A stretch of DNA of 64,000 bases from Terriglobia bacterium (GTDB taxonomy: Bacteria; Acidobacteriota; Terriglobia; 2-12-FULL-54-10). A program made the position numbers and the translations under genes. This document shows positions 62,564 to 64,000 of the stretch, piece after piece. Under the pieces are notes generated by a model that had not been told where the DNA came from, did not search any database, and saw only the letters and a list, made by a program, of their open reading frames with translations. The stretch is from contig CAXVYR010000002.1 in assembly GCA_963666975.2 (NCBI GenBank), positions 1-64,000 of the forward strand, written 5' to 3'. Every line of letters begins with the position of its first letter. Positions within the stretch are counted from its first letter, which is position 1.

Positions 62564-63445
62564 AATTCGCCCTCGGTTTTCGCGTAACGCAGTTCCTTCT
62601 TCGTCATGTCGCACTTTAGATAGCCACCCTTGTTTTCATTAACGCTACGCCATGCTGCGTACCCCACGAGTATTGCTTGATTCCAAAGATCATAGGTTGC
62701 GCGGCTGACTTCCAGTGCTCCAGTGATCCTTTCAATCAACTTCAGCAATTCAAACGGAACGCATTGTTCATCTTTGAAGAACGCAACCTCCCTGGCATGC
62801 TCGTAGACTAAAGCAGTTAGGGCCTCCTCCAGGATGATGGCGCGAGCGCCATCCTCAACTTCATCCATCTTCTTATTGGATTTGCGCTTTCTGTTTAGCA
62901 AACTACGGAAGACAGGACTCCAGCCCAGGACCGCGACGTGTGCAAGATGCAGAACATCGTGAAACCGGTAGCCGTCGTCGGTATGAGCGTTGTCCGTTAC
63001 CCTTGCCCCAATTTGAATCCAGTCTGTCCCAAAACCCTTGAGAGCCAGCTTTGCTGTGCCCCCAACGATTTCTGAGACTTTGAAGATCATAACTCTTGGA
63101 AATTGCTCATCATCGGGGAATTTGGCATCAAAAAAGTCCGCCAGATGTGTCTTCTTTCCCCAACGATGCTCGCATTTCTCGCGATTGCTCACTGCAACTG
63201 CGTCGAGATCCAAGTTGCAACATGTAGCAATGTCGGAGATGTACCAGAGAATGTCCCCAAGCTCCTCTTGGAACCGCTGTTGCAATCCCACAGAATCACT
63301 TGGGATTCGATTGCGGTCATCATATATTCTAGAAAGCGTGGCAACGGCTTCGTTCAGATTCCAGAACGAACTAGCTAACGAACGCTCAGCATCTTGGAAT
63401 TGCCTGGTTCCTTTTCGATTCAGCTTGGTATTGTTTAAAGTCCAT
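62560..63445 (-). CDS. MazG-like NTP pyrophosphatase + MazG C-terminal domain; 1-bp frameshift near 63410
   Basis: MDFKQYQ start at 63445, EELGDILWY, TDNAHTDDGYRFHDVLH, LGWSPV, RKRKS and DEVEDGARA. Confidence 0.8.
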
Positions 63446-64000
63446 TGGATTGAACCTCGCGCAGTGCTATCGAATAGATTCTGCCGTCATTGTAGCAATA
63501 AACGTTGCGCCGCAAGGGAGCAAAACAAGTATCCACTGGTAATTGGATTAGTAAGGTGGGTAATATTGTCCAACGTCTCCTGAATGACAGGCGTGAGTGT
63601 TAGGCTGGTACGGGTGGTCCTCGGACGAATCAAGTCACGAGGACTAGCTATGGTGGCACTGTGGCGACTTTTGTGGATACCCCGCGTGCAGATTGTTACA
63701 TTTTGGTGCAACTCAAAACAACTCGACACATGACTAGAACTCTTTGAACTGGAAGGGGTTGCAGGGTTATCTGCCATCCGGTCAGTTAGTTAGAAAAACG
63801 GCCTGAAAAGATTTTCAAGACCGCCGGTTTCAACCACTCACCCATTCCTCCATCGCTCATTTTACAGCAAGTGGGAGCGGGTCCGCTCACAACAACTCCT
63901 CTTTGCTGTTTGTACCCCGGCAAAGCTTTGCATTATGGAAGCATGGCCGTGGCGACAACATGATCTTTCGTTGTCTCTCGCGCAAGCCGTTTCTGAAGGG

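Larger units (their letters stand above)
61718..63889. mobile_element. Genomic islet bounded by 78-bp direct repeats (att sites) at tRNA-Ser
   Basis: 61718-61795 and 63812-63889 differ by one base. The repeat covers the tRNA 5' half to the anticodon loop plus 38 bp upstream. Confidence 0.9.

Noticed and set aside
63812-63851. Second tRNA-Ser gene
   Set aside because: Only the 5' half to the anticodon loop is present; it is the att duplicate.

Overview
GC-rich bacterial chromosome segment. The gene content (Oar-like TonB-dependent receptor, PilX/PilV-type pilins, HipA-like kinase, lpxC) suggests a diderm, probably Acidobacteriota (inference). Many single-base frameshifts, short tandem duplications and collapsed IS copies point to an error-prone long-read or metagenomic consensus, so pseudogene calls are provisional. 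The left third (about 2.8-17.9 kb) is accessory DNA. It holds a frameshifted TPR-CHAT protease, a proteasome-beta-like Ntn-hydrolase gene, and an integrative module with an HTH gene, a helically phased repeat array, a split type IIB (Topo VI/VIII-like) topoisomerase pair, a Zn-finger gene, an excisionase and a tyrosine integrase. An intact IS256, an intact IS4 and IS1380 debris are also present. The middle and right are mostly core-like genes: an H1-like protein, a phosphatase, a four-gene GT2/YaiO polysaccharide operon, thiO, an M20 peptidase, an LLM oxidoreductase, vapBC, tenA, pgsA, an IS-disrupted minor-pilin operon, a TBDR, an acyl-CoA ligase, a CDF transporter, lpxC, other transporters, a PilZ protein and a cytochrome c/beta-propeller pair. 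The window ends with tRNA-Ser(TGA) and a ~2.1 kb islet integrated on its 5' side (78-bp direct repeat), carrying a coupled MazG/MazG-C plus DUF1643 (UDG-like motifs) pair. The best candidates for an undescribed system are the topoisomerase-bearing integrative module and this tRNA islet.
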